IMG/VR virus record: IMGVR_UViG_3300045256_000294
Span: 72,953 to 136,952 of that record
Reading direction: 5' to 3' (one strand)
Origin: a virus
Length of the DNA: 64,000 bases
The position numbers were made by a program, and so were the translations under genes. Below are positions 49,115-59,357 of the stretch, one piece after another. Position 1 is the first letter of the stretch; each line of letters begins with the position of its first letter. The notes beneath the pieces were generated by a model. It was not told the DNA's origin, made no database searches, and was given only the letters and a program-made list of their open reading frames with translations.

Positions 49115-49990
49115 ATGACCGACGACGATCTTCCTGAAGGTGGAGACAACGACATGTCAGACACAGCGACCATCGAAGCCAACTCCGGTGGGCGGGTGCG
49201 GTTCCAAATCGGAGCCGAGGTTCGGTACGTGCAGATTGACGGGACTATCAGCCCGGACGTCTACCTCATCGACCAGGAGCGGAGCGACCGCAAGGGACAC
49301 ATCTCTCTGAAGGAGAAGCTGGCCGACGAAGGAGACAAGAGGACTCCCCGCGTCGTCCGCGTACATCACCGCCGTATTCTTCCACTCAACATGGACGGTA
49401 AGGCAGTGGTGATCGAGTCCCAGGGCAAGCACTGGTGCCTGTGCCCCGACGACGGGATGGCCATCGAAGTGTCCCCCGGTAACACCGAGACGGTCTGCCC
49501 GAAGTGTTCGAAAACCTTTACCTTTCACTGGATCGGAGTACGACCGATGGCTGACGCGACGAAGACCAAGGAACCCAAAGCCGAGAAGGAGCCGAAGGCG
49601 GAGAAGGCAGAGAAGGCCGCTCCCAAGCCCAAGGCGGAGCAAGCCCCCAAGGAGCCCAAGGCCGCGAAGGAGCCGGTGCTGGTGGACCTCACCGCCCTGG
49701 CCAAGCACAAGCACGTCGAACTGTGGACCAAGAGGAACGTCAAGTTCGACCACGAGCGGATCGACGTTCAAGCCCACGTCCTGCTGTTCACCGGCGACAA
49801 CCCCCGAAAGCTCTGCTTCAACACCTACAACGGTGCCTTGGGGAAAAAGGCCCCCGAACTGCCGGTCGAGGCGTTCCTGGCGAACGAGACCCTCAAGGGG
49901 GCCAAGAAGGACACCCCGTGGTTCCCCATCCCGGACCTGGAGAAGGCCCGGACCAAGCTCAGCAAGGACGGGTACGAGCAACACAAGTGA
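49115..49990 (+). CDS. Hypothetical protein with a Zn ribbon and KEPKAE repeats
   Basis: CPDD..CPKC; KEPKAEKEPKAEKAEK low-complexity linker. Confidence 0.7.
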   Translation: MTDDDLPEGGDNDMSDTATIEANSGGRVRFQIGAEVRYVQIDGTISPDVYLIDQERSDRKGHISLKEKLADEGDKRTPRVVRVHHRRILPLNMDGKAVVIESQGKHWCLCPDDGMAIEVSPGNTETVCPKCSKTFTFHWIGVRPMADATKTKEPKAEKEPKAEKAEKAAPKPKAEQAPKEPKAAKEPVLVDLTALAKHKHVELWTKRNVKFDHERIDVQAHVLLFTGDNPRKLCFNTYNGALGKKAPELPVEAFLANETLKGAKKDTPWFPIPDLEKARTKLSKDGYEQHK

Positions 49991-50094
49991 CCGCCGGGTT
50001 GAAGCCGCTGGCCGCGGTAAACCGCCTCACCGGGGGGTAGTTCGCCGCGGCCAGAGACTACATAACTAAACCGCACCCTTGCAATAGAGTGCAC

Positions 50095-50295
50095 ATGCTA
50101 GTCCTATCTCGCAAGAAAAACGAATCAATCGTCGTCGGTGGCAACATCAAAATCACCGTCATCGAAATCGCCCCCGGCAAGGTCCGGTTAGGCGTCGAGG
50201 CTCCCAGGGACGTACCCGTACATAGGCTAGAAGTCTACGAGGCCATCCATGGAAAGCCCAAGCCCCCAGAAACTACCCGTCCCGAAGGAAGTTGA
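50095..50295 (+). CDS. csrA: Carbon storage regulator CsrA/RsmA
   Basis: MLVLSRKKNESIVVG..KVRLGVEAPRDVPVHRLEVYEAI. Confidence 0.95.
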   Translation: MLVLSRKKNESIVVGGNIKITVIEIAPGKVRLGVEAPRDVPVHRLEVYEAIHGKPKPPETTRPEGS

Positions 50296-50533
50296 GCAAC
50301 TCACCTACGAGTTGTTCGTCCTCCGGCGAATGCTACAGCAACTTCCTGGTAAAACCGGGGAGTTGATGCTTATCCAGTACGACAAAGTAATCGCCGCCAT
50401 GAACGAACGCGACCGCGTATTCCGAGAGAAAGTCACCGGGCTCGTCGATGACGCCATCCTGGAAGTGAAACTCCAGGAGTTCGACCTCGAAGCCACCCGT
50501 CGAGAACGTGACGAACTAAGAGACCAGTCCTGA
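50249..50533 (+). CDS. Hypothetical coiled-coil protein
   Basis: Ends KLQEFDLEATRRERDELR. Confidence 0.65.
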   Translation: MESPSPQKLPVPKEVEQLTYELFVLRRMLQQLPGKTGELMLIQYDKVIAAMNERDRVFREKVTGLVDDAILEVKLQEFDLEATRRERDELRDQS

Positions 50534-50665
50534 GCCCCCGTAGGCCCGTCCTTGGCCTCCCGCCACTTCATCCGACCTCGCGGCCATCTCGCCCGATAAA
50601 CCCAAAGGAAGGCAGAAGAAAGCTCTACGTAGATATTCCGACACTCCACCCGGAGTCTCGGAATT

Positions 50666-51019
50666 ATGGATCTGACCAAGAAGTGCATCCTCGTCGCCGG
50701 AGGCAGCGGATTCCTAGGCCAGCACGTCATGGTTGGCCTCACTGAACGTGGACTTATCAATACCCCACTCGGTCGCATGAATGGAGACGCCGACCCCAAC
50801 CAACCCGGCCAGCCCAAAGGCACCGCCGTCACCTTCCGCAGCAAGCTGTGTAAGTTCACAGGGAAGATCAACTGGAACTCAGCTTACCCCGACAGCCAAC
50901 CACGCCGCTACCTCGACACCCAGCGGGGCAAAAACGAGTTCGGCTTCCAGGCCACCCCCAGTTTGGAAGAGGGTCCGGCGGCGACCATCGAATGGGATAA
51001 GAAAAAGAGGACATCATGA
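50666..51019 (+). pseudogene. fcl: Internally deleted GDP-L-fucose synthase (Fcl-like)
   Basis: N-terminal ILVAGGSGFLG joined to C-terminal KINWNSAYPDSQPRRYLD..FGFQA..LEEG..TIEW; only 117 aa, catalytic core absent. Confidence 0.8.
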
Positions 51020-51423
51020 TCGTCAAGGCCCCGGTCAGTCTCGGCGAGCTAATAGACAAAATCAGCATCCTGAAAATCAAGCAAGCTCGGATCAAGGACC
51101 CAACCAAGCTCGCCAACGTGAATTTCGAGCATGACGCCCTCTACGCCCTGTTCAACGACATCTACGAGAAGCTTCCAGCCGGCCAGCAACCAGCCCTAAT
51201 TGATCTATCGGTCAAGCTCAAGAACATCAACGAGAAAATCTGGGATATCGAGGACGGCATCCGCGAGTGTGAAAAGAACAAGGACTTCGGTCCTAACTTC
51301 ATCGTGTTTGCCCGCGGTGTCTACCACAACAACGATGAACGGGCCGCCCTCAAGCGAAAGATCAACGACCTAGTTGGTTCCCAAATCGTCGAAGAGAAAT
51401 CCTACACGGACTACAAAGGATGA
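51016..51423 (+). CDS. DUF6165-like protein
   Basis: PVSLGELIDKISILKIK..WDIED..ARGVY..NDERAALKRKIN..EEKSY. Confidence 0.75.
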   Translation: MIVKAPVSLGELIDKISILKIKQARIKDPTKLANVNFEHDALYALFNDIYEKLPAGQQPALIDLSVKLKNINEKIWDIEDGIRECEKNKDFGPNFIVFARGVYHNNDERAALKRKINDLVGSQIVEEKSYTDYKG

Positions 51424-52139
51424 AGAAACTCGTGGTTATGGTGTCGGTGTATAATGCCGGGGATTTCATCGAGAATCGACTCGATAATCTCCAAAAAAGC
51501 ACTATGGCCAAAGACACCGAAGTCTGGGTTGTCAACGCCAACAGCCCAGACCCACGCGACCACGCCATCCCACACAAGTTCGACGTCAAGTACGTGAAAC
51601 TCCCTGAGAGGGTAGGGGTATACGCGGCTTGGAACTACATTATCAAGAATTCAAAGAGCGTCTACCTCACCAACGCCAACGCCGACGACCTCATCGCTCC
51701 CAACGGCTACGAGACACTAACCAGGAACCTCGATCAAGTCAAGGCTTGCGACTTCAGTTACCCATCTTGGTTCACAACTGACACCCCCAACCTCACCTGG
51801 GAAGATGTGAGAAAAGGGAAAGCAGCTGCTTGTGACAAGTCCGGCAAACCCGGCCAGTATAAAGGGAACCTGGATGACGGCGGTGTCGGCCATTTCCCCA
51901 TATGGCGGCGAGCACTCCACGACAAGTTGGGGCTGTTTGATGAAGAGTTCAAAGCTCTGGGCGATGCCGATTGGTGGGCACGCTGCTGGTGGGTCGGCAA
52001 AGCCGATTTCCACTGGCATAAAGAGTACCTAGCCTGCTACCTATTCCGCAACGGCGAAAACCTCTGGCATCGTGAGGTCAACGAAGTCGAATGGCAACGC
52101 TACCACACAAAGGTCGCCAGCTACCGAAAGCCGGTCTAA
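51420..52139 (+). CDS. GT2 glycosyltransferase
   Basis: VSVYNA..VVNANS..YAAWN..NANADD..GLFDEEF..GDADWW. Confidence 0.85.
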   Translation: MKKLVVMVSVYNAGDFIENRLDNLQKSTMAKDTEVWVVNANSPDPRDHAIPHKFDVKYVKLPERVGVYAAWNYIIKNSKSVYLTNANADDLIAPNGYETLTRNLDQVKACDFSYPSWFTTDTPNLTWEDVRKGKAAACDKSGKPGQYKGNLDDGGVGHFPIWRRALHDKLGLFDEEFKALGDADWWARCWWVGKADFHWHKEYLACYLFRNGENLWHREVNEVEWQRYHTKVASYRKPV

Positions 52140-53125
52140 ACATCAAGAAGCCAATCGTCCAGCAACAGCGAATAACCAACCCCTGCCGGCCCCATACGTC
52201 CGGCGGAGCACAAGTGACTATCCCACATTACAACGGCGACGAAGACTACACCAAAATCGCCCTGATCCAGCCAGCATCCTGGGGCGACAACATCAACAGC
52301 ACCTTGATGTTCAAACCGCTCAAAGACCACTATGGCTCCATGGTCCTCGACGTCTACACCGCCGAAAGCTACGCCTCCGCCTTCTTCAACAACCCCTACA
52401 TCAACCGACTCATCGAGTTCCCGGCCCCCACCAAAGAGAAAGCCCTCGATCTCCTCAACGTAATCCCACCCCTGGTCCAGGGAAGAGGCTACGACAAAAT
52501 CTTCTGTCCACACCCCATGATTAACGGGGACAAATGGACCAGTATCCGCCACGGCGAGCTAGGCACCAACCTCATCAACGCCTGGGTACGGGCACTTGAA
52601 GAGACAGACATCGCGTTCGCCCTACCGCTAGAGACGATTTTAGTTCTGACCCCGAACGAAGTGGCGAACGTCGACAACTTCTGCTCGCGGGTGAACATGA
52701 ACTCCCGCAACATTCTCATGGAAGTCGAGGGACTTTCGGGGCAGACCTACTGGAACCACCACTGGACTGAACGAGTAGGAAAATACCTCCTACGTGGCGA
52801 TACCAACCTGTTCCTGTCGCGTCGAGCATCAGGTTCGGACGTGGCTGCTCTGGAACGGCACGCCCCCGGCCGCATCCACTTCGTGGGCGGGCTCAGTATT
52901 CGGGAATGTGCTGAACTGTTTAACCGCTGCGACATCTTCTTCAGCGTCTCGTCCGGCCTGTCAAACGCTTGCAACACCAACTGGTGCAAGAAGGACGGCA
53001 AGTGGATCGAGACGGTCAATTCAGACGCCGTGTCCAGTGCTCCAATTCGGCGAGAGGGCAAGATCTTCTGGACCGATAACAACCTCGACCACTTCATGGA
53101 TATGCTGGCGGAGCACGGGATCTGA
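52091..53125 (+). CDS. GT9 (heptosyltransferase-like) glycosyltransferase; start uncertain
   Basis: SWGDNI..NNPYI..LSIRECAELF..FSVSSG. Confidence 0.75.
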   Translation: MATLPHKGRQLPKAGLNIKKPIVQQQRITNPCRPHTSGGAQVTIPHYNGDEDYTKIALIQPASWGDNINSTLMFKPLKDHYGSMVLDVYTAESYASAFFNNPYINRLIEFPAPTKEKALDLLNVIPPLVQGRGYDKIFCPHPMINGDKWTSIRHGELGTNLINAWVRALEETDIAFALPLETILVLTPNEVANVDNFCSRVNMNSRNILMEVEGLSGQTYWNHHWTERVGKYLLRGDTNLFLSRRASGSDVAALERHAPGRIHFVGGLSIRECAELFNRCDIFFSVSSGLSNACNTNWCKKDGKWIETVNSDAVSSAPIRREGKIFWTDNNLDHFMDMLAEHGI

Positions 53126-53931
53126 TGTTGATACACCACCTAGACCAAACCATCAAAGTCATCCCGCGGTTCGGGCTGGGTAACCGCCTTATGGCTATAG
53201 GCTCCGCTCTCCGACTGCAGAAATTGGGCTACTTCAGAACAGTCCGCGTTCAGTGGGAAGCCAGTGGTGATCTAAATGCTAACTTCTCAGACTTACTGGA
53301 AATCGACAATATCGTCCAGTCTTCCAAAGACCCGGACGACATCTACGTCGGCTTCCCCAATAAGCACAGAATCCCAAACCACGACCGGGTAACAGTCGAG
53401 GCGTGCGACATCTTCACAGTTGAGGATGACCCAACCGACCCGAACATCATCAACAAGGAAATCGCCGCTGTCTTCAACCAAATTCGCTTCAAGCCATATC
53501 TCTACGCACTCGCTGACAAGTATGATGTAGCTGGAAGAACTGGACTTCACTGTCGCCGCAGCGACTACCCATTCTCGCGTCCACCGATCAACACAGGTAT
53601 CATCCCAAAATATCATGAGGTGCTAGACCACGGGTTCGCCGCCAACATTAAAACCACATACCCAGGCCCCTACTTCCTGGCCAGTGATTCAGCCAAGACT
53701 GACGCTTATTTCATCGAACAGTTTCCTGGGATCATAACAGTCCCTAAGAAGCACTATCCAGAATGGTCAGTAAGGCCGCTAGAGACAGTGATCGAGGGCG
53801 TGGTCGATATGATTCTGTTGTCACGCTGCCGGATCTTGGTTGGAGACAGCCCAAGCACCTTCAGCACCGTTGCAGCCTGGCTGGGCGGTATCGAAAAAAT
53901 GATCTGGCAACGGCCATGGATAACACTATGA
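53125..53931 (+). CDS. Fucosyltransferase-like (NodZ/GT23/GT11-type) protein
   Basis: GLGNRL, GLHCRRSD, FLASDS, DMILLSRC and STFS. Confidence 0.75.
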   Translation: MLIHHLDQTIKVIPRFGLGNRLMAIGSALRLQKLGYFRTVRVQWEASGDLNANFSDLLEIDNIVQSSKDPDDIYVGFPNKHRIPNHDRVTVEACDIFTVEDDPTDPNIINKEIAAVFNQIRFKPYLYALADKYDVAGRTGLHCRRSDYPFSRPPINTGIIPKYHEVLDHGFAANIKTTYPGPYFLASDSAKTDAYFIEQFPGIITVPKKHYPEWSVRPLETVIEGVVDMILLSRCRILVGDSPSTFSTVAAWLGGIEKMIWQRPWITL

Positions 53932-54869
53932 TCCATTTCGTATACGCCGGTGACCCAGACAGCGGAGCCATTCACGCCCCGCTGTGTATTACCAACCGCC
54001 TCTACTACTACCTCAAGGCCCGTACAGAAGTCAAGTTCTGGAGATGGGACGCGACCGACGACATCCCACTCGGACCCAGCGACATCTTGCTGGGACACCC
54101 TAACCATAACCCAGACACGGTAATCCAGAAAGCATTCAGAAAGCACTGCCGGGCCAAGTGTCTAATTTTCCCGCTCCACACTCGCCGAACCACAGATAAT
54201 CTCCCATTCGACCCACTGGTGAGGCGGGCTGATAAAGTCTTCTCTATCTGTGGGCCGTACTGGTACGACACACTCCCTGGCACCCCTTTCGCCCATTGGC
54301 AACCCAAGATCACTCGCCTGGATATGGCTATCGATCCGATTGCTTATCCTTACGTGAAGGGTGAATTCACTACCCATCGGCAATTGTTATATCTGGGCTC
54401 CGCTACCCCAAACAAGAATCTGCCATTTTTAGTGGCGATCATGAAGGCGATGCCCGACATCACCCTGCACTGGTACGGCGGAGAAGGCCGGCATCAGTTA
54501 GCCAGACTCAGGAATGTCCGGACCACTGGCTGGGTGTCTCTCGATAGGGCACGAGCCGAGGAGATCACTCGGAACTGTGACATCATGGTATCAACCAGCG
54601 ACTCTGACGCTAACCCAACCACGCTCCTTGAGGCGATTGCTTGGGGGCTGGTTACGGCCTGCACTAAAGAATCTGGTTATTACAACGATCCCTTGTTCAC
54701 GGAGTTGCCACTCAACAATGTGCCCTTAGCCGTCAAAGTTTTGCGTGGGTTGCTGGCCATACCGGACCTAAAGGAGCGGAGCTTGGCTAGTCGCCGCGAG
54801 ATCGAAACCAAGTATACCTGGGACATCTTTTGTGAGAAAGTGTGGGACGGTATCAAGGGGTATCTGTGA
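53928..54869 (+). CDS. GT4 (GT-B) glycosyltransferase
   Basis: LLYLG..NKN..DANPTTLLEAIAWG..YTWD. Confidence 0.8.
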   Translation: MIHFVYAGDPDSGAIHAPLCITNRLYYYLKARTEVKFWRWDATDDIPLGPSDILLGHPNHNPDTVIQKAFRKHCRAKCLIFPLHTRRTTDNLPFDPLVRRADKVFSICGPYWYDTLPGTPFAHWQPKITRLDMAIDPIAYPYVKGEFTTHRQLLYLGSATPNKNLPFLVAIMKAMPDITLHWYGGEGRHQLARLRNVRTTGWVSLDRARAEEITRNCDIMVSTSDSDANPTTLLEAIAWGLVTACTKESGYYNDPLFTELPLNNVPLAVKVLRGLLAIPDLKERSLASRREIETKYTWDIFCEKVWDGIKGYL

Positions 54870-55585
54870 TGAACGAGACAACCTGGGTTGGTGCTCCTGA
54901 CGACGTACGCACTGGCAACGACGCCCTCGACGCCATCCGCCAAGAGAACGACGCCCACTACTACGATCCAACCTATGGTGTTGTACGGGTACCTCTAGAC
55001 CGCTGGCGGAAAGCCCAAGGCTACGAGTCACGGGGCTGGCTGCACTGCTGGGCCGACCAGGATGACGACAGATCAGCTGAGCACGCTGCCCTCTTCGACG
55101 GCTACAAGGATCTCAAACAGGACTTGGGACACGTGTGTGAGGTTGGTTGCGGGCCGTTCACACAACTCAAGCGGATCATTGAAGGCCGGACGGCTTCGCG
55201 GGTGACGCTCCTTGACCCTCTATTGAAGTCATATCAACGACTGAGACACTGCACCTACAAGACCGGGAAATTCAAGGGGCTACCAACCATCCTTAGACAG
55301 AAGATGGCTGAATCGCTAACTGATTTCGCTGTGTTCGATACGATCGTCTGTATCAACGTCCTGGAGCACGTGATGGATGCTCCACAGGTTCTGGAGAATT
55401 TGAGGAGGTCGGTGAAGGCTGGCGGGACAGTGGTGTTTGGTGAGAAAGCTTTCGATGCCTATGATCCGCACTACAATTTCGATATAGGTCACCCAATCCA
55501 CCTTAAGCGCCCACTTCTGGATGCGTTCAAGAAGAACTTCACAGTGTTGTTTGAGAACGGCAACTACTTTATCGGGACCCGCTAG
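54869..55585 (+). CDS. Class I SAM-dependent methyltransferase
   Basis: CEVGCGP, LDPL and FDTIVCINVLEHV. Confidence 0.85.
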   Translation: MNETTWVGAPDDVRTGNDALDAIRQENDAHYYDPTYGVVRVPLDRWRKAQGYESRGWLHCWADQDDDRSAEHAALFDGYKDLKQDLGHVCEVGCGPFTQLKRIIEGRTASRVTLLDPLLKSYQRLRHCTYKTGKFKGLPTILRQKMAESLTDFAVFDTIVCINVLEHVMDAPQVLENLRRSVKAGGTVVFGEKAFDAYDPHYNFDIGHPIHLKRPLLDAFKKNFTVLFENGNYFIGTR

Positions 55586-55629
55586 TATTTAAGTGGATTT
55601 CGGATCTTGACACAGAACAGCAGGTGAGT

Positions 55630-56082
55630 ATGCCACTCCCGACAGAGGTGGTGATTCACACTGATAGCGGGTGTGGTCGTGGCGACAAGGCCGACGGCTG
55701 GGCTGCTGTCCTGTTGTTCGGTGCCTCAAGCTGGATGAACGATTAGAAACGTAGGGGATGGGCTCGCAAGGAGGGTGAGCTTAAGAATCCCGACCCATGG
55801 AAACTGATCGACAAGGAAGTCGCTCGTCACTTGAGTTTGACACTCACCTGGGTTCGCGGTCACGACGGCCATGAGCATAATGAACGGTGCGACGTACTGT
55901 GCACCGAAGCTATAGCGAGGTTGCGACATGAAAATTCTCCTGCGGGGAATGGACTACAAGAACGTCCAGATGGTGACAGTCCAGATGGAAATAGGACCTC
56001 CACGACCGGGGTTTGTGAAGGTGTTCGACCATCTGGACCAGGAACTGATGAATGTGGAGCGGCTACAACTGTTCCTGGATGA
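55630..56082 (+). pseudogene. rnhA: RNase HI remnant with an internal deletion and TAG at 55744
   Basis: IHTDSGC..GWAAVL joined directly to WMND*KRRGW..KNPDPW..WVRGHDGHEHNERCD; the TNNRMEL/TDS core is missing. Confidence 0.8.
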
Positions 56083-56179
56083 CAAGTCCGGACTGTACGA
56101 GTTGGCCTTCGTACATAAGGGCGAGGAACGCACCGCTACTCTTGTCAACCTGGAACCATGCAACAATACCATGACCTAG
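55928..56179 (+). CDS. Hypothetical protein
   Basis: 83 codons overlapping the thyA start. Confidence 0.6.
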   Translation: MKILLRGMDYKNVQMVTVQMEIGPPRPGFVKVFDHLDQELMNVERLQLFLDDKSGLYELAFVHKGEERTATLVNLEPCNNTMT

Positions 56180-56988
56180 TTCGCCTCGTCCTCAACAAGG
56201 GTATCCGTGAAACGACCGGAGCCGTACTCCAGTCTACCCAAAACAACGTCGATGCCCTGACCGTTTTCGGTGCACAGACCCGGTTCGACCTGTCGGCCGG
56301 GTTCCCACTCCTCACTACCAAGCGTCTCCCCTTCAAAGCCATCCTACACGAGTTAGTGTGGTTCCTTAGCGGCGATACTAACATCAAGTATCTCAAGGAC
56401 AACGGCGTCACCATCTGGGACGAGTGGGCAGACGAGAACGGCGACCTTGGTCCCGTCTACGGCAAACAATGGCGGTCCTGGCCCGGCAAGGACGGCCAGA
56501 CCGTAGACCAGATCGCCAACGTCATACGCGGCATCAAGGAGTCGATCACCAATTTCAAAGCCCGGACCCGGCGGCGGCTCATAGTAACCGCCTGGAATCC
56601 GGCCGAAGTCGAAGACATGGCCCTGCCGCCGTGTCACTGTCTGTTCCAGTTCAACGTCCTAGGCGGTAAGCTCTACTGTCAACTATACCAGCGTTCTGCA
56701 GACCTGTTCCTGGGTGTCCCCTTCAACATCGCCAGCTACTCCTTGCTGACAATCTTGATGGCCAAGAGTCTTGGTCTGGAACCGGGCGAATTCGTTCACA
56801 CTTTCGGCGACCTGCACATCTACCTGAATCACATCGAGCAGATACAGCAACAGTTGAAGCGTGAACCGCGTCCCCTACCGACGCTAAGAATCGACCCCAA
56901 CATCGACATCCTTGCCCTGCGGGCGGAGCAGATCACTCTCCACGGATACGACCCGCACCCCACCCTGAAGGGAGAAGTAGCGATATGA
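56158..56988 (+). CDS. thyA: Thymidylate synthase
   Basis: FPLLTTK, IWDEWAD, GPVYG, MALPPCH, YQRSAD, GVPFN and GDLHIY. Confidence 0.97.
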   Translation: MQQYHDLVRLVLNKGIRETTGAVLQSTQNNVDALTVFGAQTRFDLSAGFPLLTTKRLPFKAILHELVWFLSGDTNIKYLKDNGVTIWDEWADENGDLGPVYGKQWRSWPGKDGQTVDQIANVIRGIKESITNFKARTRRRLIVTAWNPAEVEDMALPPCHCLFQFNVLGGKLYCQLYQRSADLFLGVPFNIASYSLLTILMAKSLGLEPGEFVHTFGDLHIYLNHIEQIQQQLKREPRPLPTLRIDPNIDILALRAEQITLHGYDPHPTLKGEVAI

Positions 56989-58115
56989 AGAAATCCATCA
57001 TAATCGCCATGACTCCAAGTGGCGTCATCGGCAAAGGCAACGGCCTCCCCTGGCCACGCCTCCCCGGAGATCTACCGCGATTCCGCCGTCTCACCATGGG
57101 CAAACCCTGCATCATGGGGCGGAAGACCTTCGAGAGCCTGCCCAAGGTCCTCGACGACCGTATGAACATCGTTGTATCACGCAGCGGCTTCACCGCCCCC
57201 GGCGTGAATGTCGCGTCCAGCATCCTGGAAGCGTGGATCAGGGCTGACGAGAGCGGTAGCGACGAAGCTTTCGTCATTGGCGGCAGAGAGATCTTCAAAC
57301 AGGCCATCCATTCCTGTGACCGCCTATACCTCACCATTCTTGATCGCGAGTTCGAAGGCGACACCAAGATCGAATTCAGTGACTTCAAGAACTGGGCGAT
57401 CACCAGCCGCGAGTACGTGGACGGTCCGATCCCTTACCAGAACCTCATCCTCGATAGGATTCCACCTATGCCGTCATGTTTTCTCACTCTGGAACGACTC
57501 GACCACAACTTCCTGCCAGCACCACGCTACGGCACGGCCTTATCAGCGGGAGTTGACTTCGCTGCCTGCCTCACTCGACCCTGCATGGAAGTCGCACCAG
57601 TCAGCGGCGACAAGAAGAAGTTCTGGGTGTCGCCAAACAACGACAGCCAAACCTGGGTTCGGCACGACCATCAGCCCGGCGAAATTCCACCAGAGAAACA
57701 CGCCGACCTCGCCCTGCTCCTTTATCCCGGAGAGACGGTCCTCGTGCCCCTGGGCTGGAAATGCTCGTTCGACATCAACTGCGTCCTCAAGCTGCACCCG
57801 CGATCCAGCGTCGGGTTGAAGGGAATCGTCCTGGCCAACGGCACCGGCATCATCGACCCCGACTACCGCGGCGAACTGTTCGCCGCCCTCGTCAACCGCA
57901 CCGACAAACGGATCACCGTCAAGCACGGCGAACGGATTGTCCAGGGTGTCCTAACACGGTTCGTCCAAGGCATCGTAGTCGAAGGGGAAGTAGACAAGAC
58001 AGCCCGCGGTGAGGGCGGGTTCGGCTCAACCGGGCAAATAGCCAATGACCTACCGTCCACCCCCGGTATCGCCGCCATCAAACAGGCAGTGGTAGAGGAT
58101 CCTCCGCTCGAATAA
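56985..58115 (+). CDS. Dihydrofolate reductase-dUTPase fusion
   Basis: DHFR part: [28 protein letters not shown]. dUTPase part: [31 protein letters not shown]. Single open frame. Confidence 0.92.
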   Translation: MKKSIIIAMTPSGVIGKGNGLPWPRLPGDLPRFRRLTMGKPCIMGRKTFESLPKVLDDRMNIVVSRSGFTAPGVNVASSILEAWIRADESGSDEAFVIGGREIFKQAIHSCDRLYLTILDREFEGDTKIEFSDFKNWAITSREYVDGPIPYQNLILDRIPPMPSCFLTLERLDHNFLPAPRYGTALSAGVDFAACLTRPCMEVAPVSGDKKKFWVSPNNDSQTWVRHDHQPGEIPPEKHADLALLLYPGETVLVPLGWKCSFDINCVLKLHPRSSVGLKGIVLANGTGIIDPDYRGELFAALVNRTDKRITVKHGERIVQGVLTRFVQGIVVEGEVDKTARGEGGFGSTGQIANDLPSTPGIAAIKQAVVEDPPLE

Positions 58116-59355
58116 GTGACTGAGCCAAAAGCAACCGCATGCGGGACAACCACACCGGGTGCCCGCAGCGGTTCATCTCCTCCCGCGGGTCCTTCACCAA
58201 ATCAAACAGGTACTCCTCGTCGCCGCACAACCAATACTTAAGTTCGGGAGTCCGAACCATTCGCAGACGAGGCATGTGCCCGATCATCGACAACACCGCA
58301 CTATTCACCGGCTCATCACTCTTGACAGCTTTTAACAAGGACCTCCCCTGTATCCCCTGCGGCATTCCAACTCCACAAGCCGCCAACACCGTCGGCACAA
58401 TATCGATCGATTGCACCAAATGTTGATAGGTCGTAGCCGCCACATCCGGCAGCTTCATCAACAAAGGGACCCGCACATTTCCGTCAAATGCGAACATCCC
58501 CTTCGAGAACAGACCATGGTCCCCCAAAATGTCACCATGGTCCGACGTGTAGACCACAATAGTATCAGGCCCCAGGCTCTTGGTGAGCCGGCCCACACAG
58601 TCATCGATCCACGACACTGACCCGTAATATTGAGCCTTAAGCTCTCGCCACTCCTCATCAGTTAAGATGTGGCCATTCTGGTTCACTATCCGCTGAGCCG
58701 GCACCGACATCTTTTCCCGCGTGTACAAGCGGCTGAACTCGTCGGGGGCAGCATAAGGTGGGTGGGGGCCGTGGAAGCCGACAACGCACAGGAACGGTCG
58801 GCAAGTACGTTCCATGAAAGAGACTGCGCGGTGGGTGATAACCTCCTCGTGGTGCAATTCACGATCGCTAAGCCGTCCAGTCCAAGTCTTCCCGGCCATC
58901 GGTCCCCAAAACTCTTTCTCAACCCTAGACTTGGCCGTCGCGAAATAGGTGGTGAACGATTTCATCCAGTCTTCAAATAGGAACGATTCGTCGAAACCGA
59001 AATGGATAGCTCGTTTAGTAGCTTGATCCCGGCCGTCGAAATGGAGCTTGCCGAAGTAACCGGTGTGGTAGCCAGCGTCCCGGAGATAGTTGCCGAGGGT
59101 CTTCTCGTTTCGAGGCATGTCGATGCCGTTCCACCATACCCTATGGGCGGTGGGGTAACGGCCAGTGAAGATAGAGGCCCGACTTGGTTGGCACTGAGGG
59201 GACTGAACGAAAGCGTTGGAACAACGGACGCTCTGGGCAGCCAGAGCGTCGAGATTCGGGGTGTGCACCCAGGGGGTTTCGTAACCTACGGCGTCAGCCC
59301 GTTGCTGGTCGGTTATAATAACGAGGACATTAGGCCGACTAGTGTGGTGTAACAT
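58078..59355 (-). CDS. Type I (formylglycine) sulfatase
   Basis: PNVLVIITDQQR, CQPSRAS..TGRY, GKLH, PHPP, TSDHG, K, VPL and LFDL..DP.E. Confidence 0.92.
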   Translation of the reverse strand: MLHHTSRPNVLVIITDQQRADAVGYETPWVHTPNLDALAAQSVRCSNAFVQSPQCQPSRASIFTGRYPTAHRVWWNGIDMPRNEKTLGNYLRDAGYHTGYFGKLHFDGRDQATKRAIHFGFDESFLFEDWMKSFTTYFATAKSRVEKEFWGPMAGKTWTGRLSDRELHHEEVITHRAVSFMERTCRPFLCVVGFHGPHPPYAAPDEFSRLYTREKMSVPAQRIVNQNGHILTDEEWRELKAQYYGSVSWIDDCVGRLTKSLGPDTIVVYTSDHGDILGDHGLFSKGMFAFDGNVRVPLLMKLPDVAATTYQHLVQSIDIVPTVLAACGVGMPQGIQGRSLLKAVKSDEPVNSAVLSMIGHMPRLRMVRTPELKYWLCGDEEYLFDLVKDPREEMNRCGHPVWLSRMRLLLAQSLIRAEDPLPLPV

Positions 59356-59357
59356 TA

